Below are positions 8,166 through 18,147 of a stretch of DNA of 64,000 nucleotides, piece by piece. A program made the translations under genes and the position numbers. The stretch is from Minisyncoccota bacterium. GTDB lineage: Bacteria > Patescibacteriota > Minisyncoccia > UBA6257 > UBA9933. How positions within the stretch are numbered: the first letter of the stretch is position 1; the number at the start of each line of letters is the position of its first letter. The notes under the pieces are model-generated. The model was given only the letters and a program-made list of their open reading frames with translations. It was not told the origin of the DNA and made no database searches. Location: NCBI GenBank assembly GCA_041650415.1, contig JBAZLC010000003.1, positions 2,033-66,032 on the forward strand, written 5' to 3'.

Positions 8166-8471
8166 ATGTCAAGATCATCAAAAAAAGGTCCGTATATAGA
8201 TCCGAAGCTTTTAAAAAAAATGGCCGGGTTAAAGGCGGACGAAAAAAACACGGTGATTAAAACGTGGTCGCGCGATTCGGAAATTTCTCCGGAAATGGTT
8301 GGTTTCGTTTTCGGCGTCCACAACGGCAAAGATTTTATAACTGTCAGAGTCAGCGAAGAAATGATAGGCCACCGGCTCGGCGAATTTTCTCAGACGAGAA
8401 AGTTTGTAAGGCATGGAGGAAAGATTCAGAAAGAATTGGAAAAGAAAGCTGAAGATTCGCAGAAAAAATAA
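8166..8471 (+). CDS. rpsS: 30S ribosomal protein S19
   Basis: SRSSKKGPY, KTWSR, VHNGK, GHRLGEFS. Confidence 0.98.
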   Translation: MSRSSKKGPYIDPKLLKKMAGLKADEKNTVIKTWSRDSEISPEMVGFVFGVHNGKDFITVRVSEEMIGHRLGEFSQTRKFVRHGGKIQKELEKKAEDSQKK

Positions 8472-8479
8472 GATTATTT

Positions 8480-9007
8480 ATGAAAACCCAAATTGCAAAA
8501 CTGAATTATTTACGCATAGCGCCCCGTAAAACCAGGCTTGTTGCGAGCATGATAAAAGGATTATCGATAAACGAAGCGGAAGCCCAATTGCTGGTTAACC
8601 CTAAAAGGCCCAGCGACGCGGTTTTGAAATTGCTCCGTTCGGCGGTTGCCAATGCCAAAAATAATCAGAAGCTGGACCCGGAAAAACTTTTCGTGAAAGA
8701 AGTCAGAGTCGATAACGGACCGATGCTGAAAAGGTTTATGCCGAGAGCGATGGGCCGCGCCAGCGGAATAGAGAAAAAAAGCAGTCACATAACTTTGATT
8801 CTTGGCGAGGCGGAAAATTTGAAAGCGCCGCGCTTTAAAATAGCCAAAGTTGAAAAGGTTTCAAAGAGGGTTAAGGAAGAAATGGCTAAAAAGAGTAGGA
8901 AAGAAAAAGAAGAAAAGGAACACGAAAAAATAAAAGGAGCGGAACCGCAAAAGCAGGCCGAAAAGCCGGGCTTTACGAAAAAGTTCTTTAGGAGAAAATC
9001 AATATAA
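8480..9007 (+). CDS. rplV: 50S ribosomal protein L22 with long charged C-terminal extension
   Basis: IAPRKTRLVA, SAVANA, KRFMPRAMGRA, SHIT. Confidence 0.97.
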   Translation: MKTQIAKLNYLRIAPRKTRLVASMIKGLSINEAEAQLLVNPKRPSDAVLKLLRSAVANAKNNQKLDPEKLFVKEVRVDNGPMLKRFMPRAMGRASGIEKKSSHITLILGEAENLKAPRFKIAKVEKVSKRVKEEMAKKSRKEKEEKEHEKIKGAEPQKQAEKPGFTKKFFRRKSI

Positions 9008-9013
9008 AAAATC

Positions 9014-9682
9014 ATGGGAAATAAAATTAGGCCAAATTCATTAAGGACGGGAGTTATCAGAGGCTGGTCGGGAAATTGGTTCCCGAAAAGAAATAAATTC
9101 GGCGCTTCGCTCGAGGAAGACATTTTGATTAGAGAAATAATAAACGAAAAAATCGGCAATGCCGGCATCGATAATATTTTGATAGAAAAAGCCGGAGAAA
9201 ATTACAGAGTGACCATTAAGGCCTCGCGTCCGGGAATAATCATCGGCCGCGGCGGAAAAGGAGTTGAAGATTTAACGAAACTTTTGGAAAGCAAATTGAG
9301 AAAAATAAGAAAAGAAAGAAAGAACGACGGAGTGATTTATTTGAATTTAAATATAGAAGAATTAAAGAGGCAGGATGTTTCGGCTAATGTTACCGCGCAA
9401 AACATCGCTTGGGATTTGGAAAAAAGAATTCCGTCTCGCCGGACTATTAAAAAATATTTGGACCAGGTAATGCAGAACAGAGACGTTCAAGGTGCGAAAA
9501 TATTACTCAAAGGAAGATTGGACGGAGCTGAAATCGCTAGAGATCAGCATTTGGAAAAAGGAAAACTTCCGCTTCAGACGTTAAGGGCGAATATTGATTT
9601 CGGTACAGCAACGGCCCGGACGACTTTCGGAGCAATCGGAATAAAGGTTTGGATATATAAAGGAGACGTATTTCAAAAATAA
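9014..9682 (+). CDS. rpsC: 30S ribosomal protein S3
   Basis: MGNKIRP, RPGIIIGRGG, GRLDGAEIAR, PLQTLRANID. Confidence 0.98.
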   Translation: MGNKIRPNSLRTGVIRGWSGNWFPKRNKFGASLEEDILIREIINEKIGNAGIDNILIEKAGENYRVTIKASRPGIIIGRGGKGVEDLTKLLESKLRKIRKERKNDGVIYLNLNIEELKRQDVSANVTAQNIAWDLEKRIPSRRTIKKYLDQVMQNRDVQGAKILLKGRLDGAEIARDQHLEKGKLPLQTLRANIDFGTATARTTFGAIGIKVWIYKGDVFQK

Positions 9683-9684
9683 TT

Positions 9685-10101
9685 ATGTTAATGCCTAAAA
9701 AAGTAAAACATAGAAAATGGCAGAAAGGACGATCAAAGACCAGGAAGGTTGAGACTCGCGGGACAAAATTGTCTTACGGTTCTTTTGGGCTGCAAGCTTT
9801 GGAAAACAGCTGGATTAATTCCCGCCAGATAGAAGCGGCGAGAAAAACCATCAGCAATTTCACCAAGAGGGGCGGAAAAATTTGGATAAGAATTTTCCCC
9901 GATAAGCCGATAACCAAGAGGCCGCCGGAAGTTACAATGGGCGGAGGAAAAGGAGCCGTGGAATATTATGTTTTCCCGGTTAAAGTCGGCAGAATGCTTT
10001 TTGAGCTCGACGGATTGCCGGAAGCGGAATCAAAACAAGCGTTGAAAAGAGCCGGTTATAAATTGCCGGTTAAGACCAGAATAATTTCAAAATCACAATG
10101 A
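9685..10101 (+). CDS. rplP: 50S ribosomal protein L16
   Basis: MLMPKKVKHRK, RQIEAAR, WIRIFPDKP. Confidence 0.98.
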   Translation: MLMPKKVKHRKWQKGRSKTRKVETRGTKLSYGSFGLQALENSWINSRQIEAARKTISNFTKRGGKIWIRIFPDKPITKRPPEVTMGGGKGAVEYYVFPVKVGRMLFELDGLPEAESKQALKRAGYKLPVKTRIISKSQ

Positions 10102-10301
10102 AAGACAAAGAATTTCAACAAGTAAAAATAAAGCCGATAGAAGCCCTTAATAAGGACTTAGTTGATTACCGCGAAAAATTGAGGAAATTCAAGTTTGATT
10201 TGAGCCAGGGGAAGGTGAAAGATATCAAAGAAATCAAGAAAACGAAAAAAGCGGTTGCCAGAATATTAACGGTAATGAATCAAAAAGATTTAAATAAATA
10301 A
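10098..10301 (+). CDS. rpmC: 50S ribosomal protein L29
   Basis: Position between rplP and rpsQ; KKAVARILT. Confidence 0.92.
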   Translation: MKDKEFQQVKIKPIEALNKDLVDYREKLRKFKFDLSQGKVKDIKEIKKTKKAVARILTVMNQKDLNK

Positions 10302-10305
10302 AAAC

Positions 10306-10536
10306 ATGAAAAGGAATTTACAAGGAATAGTAGTTTCCGACAAAATGGAAAAAACAAGAGTAGTCGCCATCACGCGCTTGAAAAAGCATCCGCGCTACCT
10401 TAAGTACTACAAAGTTACCAAGAATTTTAAAGCCCATGACGAAAAGAATGAATATAAAACGGGTGATAAAGTTGTTATAGAAGAAACAAAACCGATGTCG
10501 AAGGATAAAAGGTGGGTAATAATTTCTAAGATTTAA
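10306..10536 (+). CDS. rpsQ: 30S ribosomal protein S17
   Basis: [32 protein letters not shown]. Confidence 0.97.
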   Translation: MKRNLQGIVVSDKMEKTRVVAITRLKKHPRYLKYYKVTKNFKAHDEKNEYKTGDKVVIEETKPMSKDKRWVIISKI

Positions 10537-10540
10537 ATTT

Positions 10541-10906
10541 ATGATACAAGAAAGAAGTATTTTAAAAGTTGCGGATAACAGCGGAGCGAAAATAGTCCGT
10601 TGTTTCAGAATCCTTGGAGGAACCAGACGGCGTTATGCTTCGGTCGGCGACATTGTTGTCGCTTCAGTTCAGAAAGCCGAACCGCGCAAAGCTTTAAAAA
10701 AGAAAGATATCGTCAGAGTGGTGGTAGTCAGACAAAGAAATCCGTTAAGGAGAAATGATGGTTCGTATATCCGTTTCGATGAAAATGCCGTTGTTGTCGT
10801 TGATAAAAAGGAACCGAAAGCGACTCGTATTTTCGGACCTATCCCGCGCGAAATAAAAGAAATGGGATATGAAAAAATAGCGACAATGGCGGAAGAAATA
10901 GTGTAA
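10541..10906 (+). CDS. rplN: 50S ribosomal protein L14
   Basis: VADNSGAK, DGSYIRFDENA, TRIFGPI. Confidence 0.98.
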   Translation: MIQERSILKVADNSGAKIVRCFRILGGTRRRYASVGDIVVASVQKAEPRKALKKKDIVRVVVVRQRNPLRRNDGSYIRFDENAVVVVDKKEPKATRIFGPIPREIKEMGYEKIATMAEEIV

Positions 10907-10920
10907 AAATTCATACAAAC

Positions 10921-11226
10921 ATGAAAATAAAAAAAGACGACAATATAAAAATAATCGCCGGTAAGGATAAAAACAAAACCGGAAAGATTCTGAAAGTCCT
11001 CATAAAAAAGGAAAGAGTTTTGATTGACGGCTTAAATCTTTATAAAAAACACGTTCGTCCGAAAAGACAAGGAGAGAAAGGAGAAACCGTTTTGGTTCCG
11101 AGGCCGATTAATATTTCAAACGTAATGCTGGTTTGCCCGGCTTGCGGCAGAGCGACAAGGACCGGTTTTACCGTAACCAAAGGAAAGAAAACAAGAATCT
11201 GCAAAAAATGCGGAGCAACTATATAA
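10921..11226 (+). CDS. rplX: 50S ribosomal protein L24
   Basis: IKKDD..IIAGKDK KOW motif, ISNVM. Confidence 0.96.
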   Translation: MKIKKDDNIKIIAGKDKNKTGKILKVLIKKERVLIDGLNLYKKHVRPKRQGEKGETVLVPRPINISNVMLVCPACGRATRTGFTVTKGKKTRICKKCGATI

Positions 11227-11230
11227 AAAC

Positions 11231-11737
11231 ATGGAAAAGAAAACAAAGAAAAACGATTTAAAAAATCCAAAAATAGAAAAAGTTGTCATTAACGTCGGCG
11301 TTGGAAGAATTTCCCAGCAACAGGAATTTGAGACCAAAATTTTGCCGGAAATAATAAGCAGCTTGTCTTTGATTGCCGGACAAAAGCCGGTTATTTGCAA
11401 ATCCAACAAATCAATCGCCGGATTTAAATTAAGAGCGGGCCAAACAGTGGGCTTGAAAGTCACTTTAAGACGCCAAAAAATGCGAGATTTTGTGGCAAAA
11501 TTGGTAAATATCGCTTTACCGCGCGTCCGCGATTTCCAGGGAATCAGTCTGAAAAACATCGATAAAAACGGAGGTCTGACGATAGGCATGAAAGAGCATA
11601 TTGTTTTTCCGGAAATAGATTCTGAACTCTCAAAGTTTGACTTCGGTATGGAAATAAGTATTGTAAGTAGTGCGAAAAACAAGGAAGACGCGATAAATTT
11701 ATACAAGTCGATTGGAATTCCGTTTAAGAAATCATAA
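11231..11737 (+). CDS. rplE: 50S ribosomal protein L5 (short N-terminus)
   Basis: [29 protein letters not shown]. Confidence 0.97.
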   Translation: MEKKTKKNDLKNPKIEKVVINVGVGRISQQQEFETKILPEIISSLSLIAGQKPVICKSNKSIAGFKLRAGQTVGLKVTLRRQKMRDFVAKLVNIALPRVRDFQGISLKNIDKNGGLTIGMKEHIVFPEIDSELSKFDFGMEISIVSSAKNKEDAINLYKSIGIPFKKS

Positions 11738-11742
11738 ATAAC

Positions 11743-11928
11743 ATGGCAAAAGAATCAGTAATCGCGAGAGCGAAAAAAAAACCGAAATACTCAACCCGCA
11801 TCAGCAGGCGCTGCTTTAAGTGCGGCCGCAAAAGGGGATATTTGAGGGATTTTGAATTATGCAGAATTTGTTTCAGGGAATTGGCTTCACGCGGAGAAAT
11901 ACCCGGAATAACAAAGTCATCGTGGTAA
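11743..11928 (+). CDS. rpsN: 30S ribosomal protein S14, zinc-binding type
   Basis: RCFKCGR...[15 protein letters not shown]. Confidence 0.97.
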   Translation: MAKESVIARAKKKPKYSTRISRRCFKCGRKRGYLRDFELCRICFRELASRGEIPGITKSSW

Positions 11929-11935
11929 TATAAAT

Positions 11936-12322
11936 ATGTATATAGATTTATTGACTAAAATTAAAAATGCCCAAGCCGTCAAGAAAGAAATCGCCAAGTC
12001 GGCGTTTTCGAAAATGGACGAGCAAGTATTGGAAATTCTTTTGGCAAAGGGTTATATTTCGGGCTTTGAAAAAAAGGGTAAAGGCGCCAAGCGCGTTTTT
12101 GATATTCAATTGAAATACGATAAAGACACTAATGACGGCGCCATCGCCGGAATAAAATTTATCAGCAAGCCTTCGCGTAAGATGTATATCGGCTATAAAG
12201 AAATAAGGCCGATAAAATCCGGCTATGGATTGATGGTACTTTCTACGCCCGATGGAGTTTTGGCCGGCGGAGAGGCGAAAAAGAAGAAAATTGGAGGAGA
12301 ATTATTATTCGAGATTTGGTAA
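11936..12322 (+). CDS. rpsH: 30S ribosomal protein S8
   Basis: DLLTKIKNA, ISKPSRKMY, LSTPDGV, GGELL. Confidence 0.96.
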   Translation: MYIDLLTKIKNAQAVKKEIAKSAFSKMDEQVLEILLAKGYISGFEKKGKGAKRVFDIQLKYDKDTNDGAIAGIKFISKPSRKMYIGYKEIRPIKSGYGLMVLSTPDGVLAGGEAKKKKIGGELLFEIW

Positions 12323-12332
12323 ACATAAAATT

Positions 12333-12878
12333 ATGTCAAAAATAGGAAAAAAACCCATAGTTGTTCCGGCAAGCGTTGAAGTTAAAATTGACGACGGCTT
12401 TTTATTTTTTAAAAGCTCAAACGGGAATATGAAATTGGAAGTGCCGCGCGGTATAAAAGCCGAACTGAAAGAAAATGAATTAACGTTTTCTCCGGAAAAT
12501 AAATTGAGATTGACGCAAGCGCTTTGGGGTACGGCCAGAGCTTTGGCGAATAACGCCATAAACGGATTGTCTTCGGGATTTGAAAAAAGCTTGAAACTGG
12601 AAGGAGTCGGCTACAGGGCGGCAATGGAAGGCGAGGCTTTGGTTTTGAATTTGGGATTGTCTCATCCGATTAAATTTATTCCTCCGCAGGGAGTGAAAAT
12701 TTCCGTTGATAAAAACGTAATTCAAGTTAAGGGTTATGACAAAGGAGCCGTAGGTCAATCAGCGGCCAAAATAAGAGCTTTCAAGAAACCGGAGCCGTAT
12801 AAAGGCAAGGGAATCAGATACAGCGATGAAATTATCCGTAGAAAAGCCGGTAAGAAAGTCGCCGGAACGGCAAAATAA
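12333..12878 (+). CDS. rplF: 50S ribosomal protein L6
   Basis: MSKIGKKPI (start 12333, not 12252), GVGYRA, PEPYKGKGIRY. Confidence 0.97.
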   Translation: MSKIGKKPIVVPASVEVKIDDGFLFFKSSNGNMKLEVPRGIKAELKENELTFSPENKLRLTQALWGTARALANNAINGLSSGFEKSLKLEGVGYRAAMEGEALVLNLGLSHPIKFIPPQGVKISVDKNVIQVKGYDKGAVGQSAAKIRAFKKPEPYKGKGIRYSDEIIRRKAGKKVAGTAK

Positions 12879-12891
12879 TATAATTTAAAAT

Positions 12892-13251
12892 ATGAAAAAA
12901 AGAAAAGCTTTAAACGAAATAAAGGATAGAAGGAAGAAAAGAACAAGGGCGAGATTGTCCGGTTCTTTGGAGCGCCCCCGCTTTTCGGTTTTCAGGAGCA
13001 ATAGCTATACTTACGTTCAAATAATAGATGATGAAAATGGAAAGACTTTGGCAAGCGCTTCGACTATGGAATTGAAAAAACAGGCAAAAGCGCCGGGAAA
13101 AGAATTGGCGGCAAAACTTGGAGAGCTTATTGCCAAAAAAGCGGTTGAAAAGGGAATCAAGAAAGTCGTTTTTGACAGGGGAAGTTATAATTATCACGGC
13201 CGGGTTCAAGCAGTTGCCGATGCCGCGAGAAAAGGCGGTCTTGAATTCTAA
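12892..13251 (+). CDS. rplR: 50S ribosomal protein L18
   Basis: [23 protein letters not shown]. Confidence 0.97.
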   Translation: MKKRKALNEIKDRRKKRTRARLSGSLERPRFSVFRSNSYTYVQIIDDENGKTLASASTMELKKQAKAPGKELAAKLGELIAKKAVEKGIKKVVFDRGSYNYHGRVQAVADAARKGGLEF

Positions 13252-13283
13252 TTATCCAATTATCTAATTAACTAATTATCTAA
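13248..13283. repeat. 8-nt tandem repeat CTAATTAT-like, about 4.5 copies
   Basis: CTAATTAT CCAATTAT CTAATTAA CTAATTAT CTAA fills the rplR-rpsE spacer; 23 nt identical to 20283-20305. Confidence 0.75.
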
Positions 13284-13284
13284 C

Positions 13285-13746
13285 ATGTATAAAGGACAAG
13301 TAAAACCTAAAAGTGAATTTAAAGAAAAAGTTTTGGATATGCGCCGCGTAACACGCGTTGTTGCCGGTGGTAAAAGATTCCGCTTCCGCGCGACCGTTGT
13401 TATTGGCGACGAGAAAGGAAGAGTCGGAGTCGGAATAGCCAAAGGATTGGACGTCGCTCAAGCGGTGGAAAAAGCGAAATTAAACGCCAAAAAAGGATTG
13501 GTAACAATTACGTTAAAAGACAGAACGGTTGCGCATGAAATCGACGCTAAATTCAGCGCGGCGAGAGTTGTTATCAAGCCAGCGAAGAACGGACACGGTC
13601 TTAAGGCCGGAGGAGCGGTTCGCGTGGTTTTGCTTTTGGCCGGAGTTAAAGACGCCACGGCGAAATGCACGGGCAGGACTAAAAATAAATTAACAAACGC
13701 TTTAGCGGCAATGGAAGCGTTGAAAAATTTAAAAACTAAAAATTAA
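13285..13746 (+). CDS. rpsE: 30S ribosomal protein S5
   Basis: RRVTRVVAGGKRFRFRATVVIGD, AGGAVR. Confidence 0.97.
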   Translation: MYKGQVKPKSEFKEKVLDMRRVTRVVAGGKRFRFRATVVIGDEKGRVGVGIAKGLDVAQAVEKAKLNAKKGLVTITLKDRTVAHEIDAKFSAARVVIKPAKNGHGLKAGGAVRVVLLLAGVKDATAKCTGRTKNKLTNALAAMEALKNLKTKN

Positions 13747-13750
13747 AACT

Positions 13751-14179
13751 ATGCAACTTCATGAATTAAAATCAAAATCTAAATCTAAAGCCCGTCAGCG
13801 AATTGGCAGGGGAGGCAAAAGAGGCACTTATTCGGGAAAAGGACAAAAAGGCCAGAAATCCCGTTCGGGTCACGTAATCAGACCGGCGGAAAGAGATTTA
13901 ATCCAGCGCTTGCCGAAACTCCGCGGTTTCAGATTTAAACCCTTAAAAGAAAAGCCGGTTGTTTTGAATTTGGGCTTTTTGACCTCGAAAATAAAAAGCG
14001 GCATAATTAACAGAGATGCCCTGATTGCCGCCGGTTTGATAAGTAAAAATGAAAAGAATATAAAAATCGTCGGCCAAAAAAAAGAAGGCGGGTCGATGAA
14101 AGCAATTGAAATTAGCGGTCTTAAAGTCTCGAAGAAATTAAAAGACGAGATAGAAAAAGCCGGAGGCAAAGTGGGTTAA
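13751..14179 (+). CDS. rplO: 50S ribosomal protein L15
   Basis: RIGRGGKRGTYSGKGQKGQKSRSG, RLPKLRGF, IEKAGG. Confidence 0.96.
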   Translation: MQLHELKSKSKSKARQRIGRGGKRGTYSGKGQKGQKSRSGHVIRPAERDLIQRLPKLRGFRFKPLKEKPVVLNLGFLTSKIKSGIINRDALIAAGLISKNEKNIKIVGQKKEGGSMKAIEISGLKVSKKLKDEIEKAGGKVG

Positions 14180-14187
14180 TTAAAATA

Positions 14188-15456
14188 ATGAATAAATTAG
14201 TACAACTTTTTAAAATCTCCGACCTTAGAAAAAAAATCTTAATGGTCGGGCTTTTGCTCGCGGCGACAAGAGTTTTGTCGGCGATCCCTATTCCTTCGGT
14301 GGACGCTTTTAAAATGAAAGAATTTTTGGCCTCAAGCCAATTATTCGGTTTTGTTAATCTTTTTTCCGGAGGCGGTTTAAGCAGTCTTTCAATAGTTATG
14401 ATAGGCGTGGCGCCTTATATTACGGCGACCATCATCATGCAGCTTTTGACAATGATTTTTCCGAAATTGAAAGAAATGTATTACGAAGAGGGAGCGGCTG
14501 GGAAAGCGAAGTTTAATCGCTGGTCGCGCTATATTACGGTTCCTTTGGCCGGGCTTCAGGCTTACGGATTTTTGAATATTTTGGTTTCTCAAGGCGTTAT
14601 TTCTCAAATGGGACTGTTTGATTTGATTAAAAACGTCGTTATCGTTTCAGCCGGGTCAATGGTTTTAGTTTGGCTTGGCGAATTGATTACTGAATATAAA
14701 ATAGGTAACGGCATTTCCTTGATAATTTTTGCCGGTATAGTTGCCAGTCTTCCCGCGACTATCGGCCAGGCTTTCTTTTCTTATACCGCCGAAACTTTGC
14801 CGACGTATTTGATTTTCGCGATTCTGGCGGTTTTGGTAATTGCCGGAGTGGTTTTTGTAAACGAAGGCGAAAGGAAAATTCCGATAGCTTACGCCAAAAG
14901 AGTAAGAGGAATGAAAATGTATGGCGGCGCTTCAAGTTATCTGCCGCTTAAAGTAAACCAAGCTGGAGTTATTCCGATAATTTTCGCCATTTCCATTTTG
15001 CTTTTTCCGCAGTTTATAGCGCAAGCGGTGGCGATTTTTTCTAAAAGCTTGTCGCTTACGCTTACGGACTGGGTTAATTATGTTTTTAATAACCAGTATC
15101 TTTACAGCGCTTTTTACTTCTTTTTGGTTGTGGTTTTTACCTATTTTTATACCGCGGTTACCTTCGATCCGAAGGAAATATCGAAAAATCTCCAGCGTTC
15201 TGGTGGGTTCGTCGCGGGCATAAGACCGGGCGAGTCAACTACCGGTTTTCTTTCAAAAATAATCAACAGATTGACTCTTTCGGGCGCTTTATTTTTGGGA
15301 GTAATAGCGATTTTGCCGAATCTTACTCAAATGGCGACAGGCATCAAAATTTTGACAATCGGCGGCACCGCGCTCTTGATTGTCGTTTCGGTCGCTCTTG
15401 AAACAATCAGGCAAATCAATTCTCAATTGATAATGAGAGAATACGAGGAAATTTAA
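14188..15456 (+). CDS. secY: Preprotein translocase SecY
   Basis: GVAPYITATIIMQLL, GNGISLIIFAGI, AGVIPIIFA, GIRPG, GGTALLIVV. Confidence 0.98.
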   Translation: MNKLVQLFKISDLRKKILMVGLLLAATRVLSAIPIPSVDAFKMKEFLASSQLFGFVNLFSGGGLSSLSIVMIGVAPYITATIIMQLLTMIFPKLKEMYYEEGAAGKAKFNRWSRYITVPLAGLQAYGFLNILVSQGVISQMGLFDLIKNVVIVSAGSMVLVWLGELITEYKIGNGISLIIFAGIVASLPATIGQAFFSYTAETLPTYLIFAILAVLVIAGVVFVNEGERKIPIAYAKRVRGMKMYGGASSYLPLKVNQAGVIPIIFAISILLFPQFIAQAVAIFSKSLSLTLTDWVNYVFNNQYLYSAFYFFLVVVFTYFYTAVTFDPKEISKNLQRSGGFVAGIRPGESTTGFLSKIINRLTLSGALFLGVIAILPNLTQMATGIKILTIGGTALLIVVSVALETIRQINSQLIMREYEEI

Positions 15457-15473
15457 TTGATAATCGAAAATTT

Positions 15474-16166
15474 ATGAAGGCTATTATAGTTATGGGTCCG
15501 CAGGGTTCGGGCAAAGGAACTCAAGCGGAACTCTTAGCTAAAAAATTAGATCTCTTTCACTTTGACAGCGGCCAGTATTTGAGGGCGGTTCTTTACGATC
15601 CGGCGTCCAAAAATGACAAAGTAATCCAGAGGGAGCGTAAACTTAACGAGGCTGGAATTTTAAACACTCCGTCGTGGATTTTAAAAATATTTTCCCAGAT
15701 TGTTAAAAAAACAGCCGCGCTTAAAAAGGGAATTGTTTTAAGCGGTTCCCCCCGGACTATTTACGAAGCTTTTGGTTATAATCAGGGTGAAAATAAAAAA
15801 AATAAGACCGGCTTAATGGATGTTTTAAGTAAATCTTATGGGAAAGAAAATGTTTTTACGTTCGTATTGGATATTCCACTAAAAGAATCGCTTAAAAGAA
15901 CAAGCGGCAGGCTGACTTGTTCCGTTTGTAAAAGTCCGTTTATGGTCCAGAAATATAAAATGGATTCTTGTCCGTTTTGCGGAGGCGAGCTGGTAAGACG
16001 TAAAGACGATAATAAAGAGGGCATTATGAAAAGACTGGAAGAATACAAAAATCGTACAACGCCGATTTTGACTGAACTTAGAAAGAGAAAATATAAAATT
16101 ATTAAAATAGACGGCACTCCTTTGCCTTATAAAATTCATAAAGCGATTATTGGCAAGGTAAAATAA
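15474..16166 (+). CDS. adk: Adenylate kinase family protein with zinc lid
   Basis: GPQGSGKGTQA P-loop; CSVC/CPFC lid; RKDD; follows secY. Confidence 0.88.
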   Translation: MKAIIVMGPQGSGKGTQAELLAKKLDLFHFDSGQYLRAVLYDPASKNDKVIQRERKLNEAGILNTPSWILKIFSQIVKKTAALKKGIVLSGSPRTIYEAFGYNQGENKKNKTGLMDVLSKSYGKENVFTFVLDIPLKESLKRTSGRLTCSVCKSPFMVQKYKMDSCPFCGGELVRRKDDNKEGIMKRLEEYKNRTTPILTELRKRKYKIIKIDGTPLPYKIHKAIIGKVK

Positions 16167-16171
16167 TTTTA

Positions 16172-16942
16172 ATGGCAAATCTTATAAAATCTCCAAAAGA
16201 AATAAAAAATATTGCCGTTGCCGGCAAAATTTTGGCGAAAATCCTTAAAGTTTTGGAGAAAGAAGCCAAGATAGGCGTTTCTTTAAAACAACTGGATAAT
16301 CTTGCCTATCAATTATCAAAAAAGAACGGCGTTCAGCCGGCTTTTTTGGGCTATCGGCCCGACGCCGCTTATAAGCCTTTTGGCGCTTCAATTTGCGCTT
16401 CGTTAAACGACGTTATCGTTCATGGCTTGCCGAATAATTACAAACTCCGTTCCGGAGATATTTTAAAAATTGATTTTGGCGTTGAGTATCGCGAAGGCGG
16501 AAAAAGTTTTTTCGCGGATTCGGCAACAACCGTCGGTTTGGGGAAAATTTCGAAAGATGCCGGAATTTTAATAAAAGCGACAAAAACAGCACTTGAAAAA
16601 GCGGTTAAAGCCGCCAAGCCCGGCAATACGTTGGGAGATATCGGTTATGCCATTGAAAGATTGGCGCGGGAAAATAAATTAAGCGTGTTAAAAGAATTAA
16701 CGGGTCATGGCACCGGCTTGGCCCTGCATGAAGACCCAATAATTTATAATTTCGGCGATAAAGGCAAGGGGATGGTTTTAAAACCCGGAATGGTTTTAGC
16801 CATTGAACCGATGCTTTCAACAGGCTCATGGGAAATCATTCAAAGGCCCGATGAAAGCTGGGCAACGGCCGACGGCGGCTTATCGGCTCATTTTGAGCAC
16901 ACATTGGTAATCATTGAAAGGGGACAGAAAGTATTGACGTAA
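16172..16942 (+). CDS. map: Methionine aminopeptidase type I
   Basis: SLNDVIVHGLP, GHGTG..LHEDP, AIEPM, SAHFEHT. Confidence 0.97.
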   Translation: MANLIKSPKEIKNIAVAGKILAKILKVLEKEAKIGVSLKQLDNLAYQLSKKNGVQPAFLGYRPDAAYKPFGASICASLNDVIVHGLPNNYKLRSGDILKIDFGVEYREGGKSFFADSATTVGLGKISKDAGILIKATKTALEKAVKAAKPGNTLGDIGYAIERLARENKLSVLKELTGHGTGLALHEDPIIYNFGDKGKGMVLKPGMVLAIEPMLSTGSWEIIQRPDESWATADGGLSAHFEHTLVIIERGQKVLT

Positions 16943-16969
16943 ATTTAATTAAGTTTAAAATTATTAAAC

Positions 16970-17692
16970 ATGAAAATACATTTATCCGTAATTATTCCGG
17001 CGTATAACGAGGCAAAGAGAATATCTCCGGCCTTAATTGATATAGATAAATATTTTAAAAACGTGGATTACGACTACGAAATTATCGTTGTCGATAATAA
17101 TTCGACCGATGCCACAAAAGAAGTCATTGAAAGACTTTCTCATATTATTAAGAATTTAAGAATGATTGAATGCAAAACTCCGGGCAAAGGCGCGGCGGTT
17201 CAAGCGGGCATGCTTAACGCCAAAGGTGAATACAGATTATTCATAGATGCGGATGGTGCCATTAAAATAGACCACCTTGATAAATTCTGGCCGTATTTAA
17301 AACAGGGTTACGATATTGTTATTGGCTCAATAGAATTAAAAGACGCGAAAATAGTGGAACATGACGCGGGGTACCGCAGATTACTCGGTAAACTGGCGAA
17401 ATATTTGATAAGAGCTTTGACTATTTGGGAAATTCATGACACCCAAAGAGCATTCAAACTTTTTCCGGCAGAAGCCGCCGAAAAAATATTTTCCCGCCAA
17501 ACGGTTATGAAGTGGCTGTTTGATATAGAAATTCTGATTCTTGCCAAAAAAATGGGGTACAAGATAAAAGAAATTCCGGTCACCTGGATAAATCCGGCGG
17601 AGAGTAAAGTGGTTTTTGCGGATTACTTTCGCTCACTGAAAGAGCTTTTCAAAATAAAATGGAGATTAATAACGGGAAAATATAATATATGA
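16970..17692 (+). CDS. GT2 glycosyltransferase, polyprenyl-phosphate glucosyltransferase-like
   Basis: SVIIPAYNE, VVDNNSTD, GKGAAV, FIDADG, DTQRAFKLF, WLFDIEIL. Confidence 0.88.
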   Translation: MKIHLSVIIPAYNEAKRISPALIDIDKYFKNVDYDYEIIVVDNNSTDATKEVIERLSHIIKNLRMIECKTPGKGAAVQAGMLNAKGEYRLFIDADGAIKIDHLDKFWPYLKQGYDIVIGSIELKDAKIVEHDAGYRRLLGKLAKYLIRALTIWEIHDTQRAFKLFPAEAAEKIFSRQTVMKWLFDIEILILAKKMGYKIKEIPVTWINPAESKVVFADYFRSLKELFKIKWRLITGKYNI

Positions 17693-18144
17693 AAACTTAT
17701 TTAACAAAAGAACGCTACGAAGAATTAAAAGCTGAACTTCAACGGCTCAAAATTGAAGGTAGAATGGAAATCGCCGACCGCCTTAAAAAATCGAAAGATT
17801 ACGGCGATTTGAGTGAGAATTCGGAATATTCGGATGCCAAAGACGCGCAGGCAAAATTGGAAGCTAAAATTTTTGATATTGAAGAATCGCTCAAGGAAGC
17901 GGTTATAATTAAGAAAAGCGCGAATAGGGATATTGCCGGCGTTGGCTCGACGGTTGAGGCTCAAAAAGGCATGAAAATCGTTGTTTATACAATTGTGGGC
18001 TCAAACGAGTCGAAACCCGAGGATAACCTGATTTCGAACGAATCGCCCCTGGGAAGGGCATTTTTAGGCCGAAAAGCGGGCGATATGGTGGAAATGGATG
18101 CTCCTTCGGGCAAAATAAAGTATAAAATACTTAAAGTAACCTAA
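17689..18144 (+). CDS. greA: Transcription elongation factor GreA
   Basis: GDLSENSEY, ISNESPLGRAFLG. Confidence 0.97.
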   Translation: MKTYLTKERYEELKAELQRLKIEGRMEIADRLKKSKDYGDLSENSEYSDAKDAQAKLEAKIFDIEESLKEAVIIKKSANRDIAGVGSTVEAQKGMKIVVYTIVGSNESKPEDNLISNESPLGRAFLGRKAGDMVEMDAPSGKIKYKILKVT

Positions 18145-18147
18145 ACT

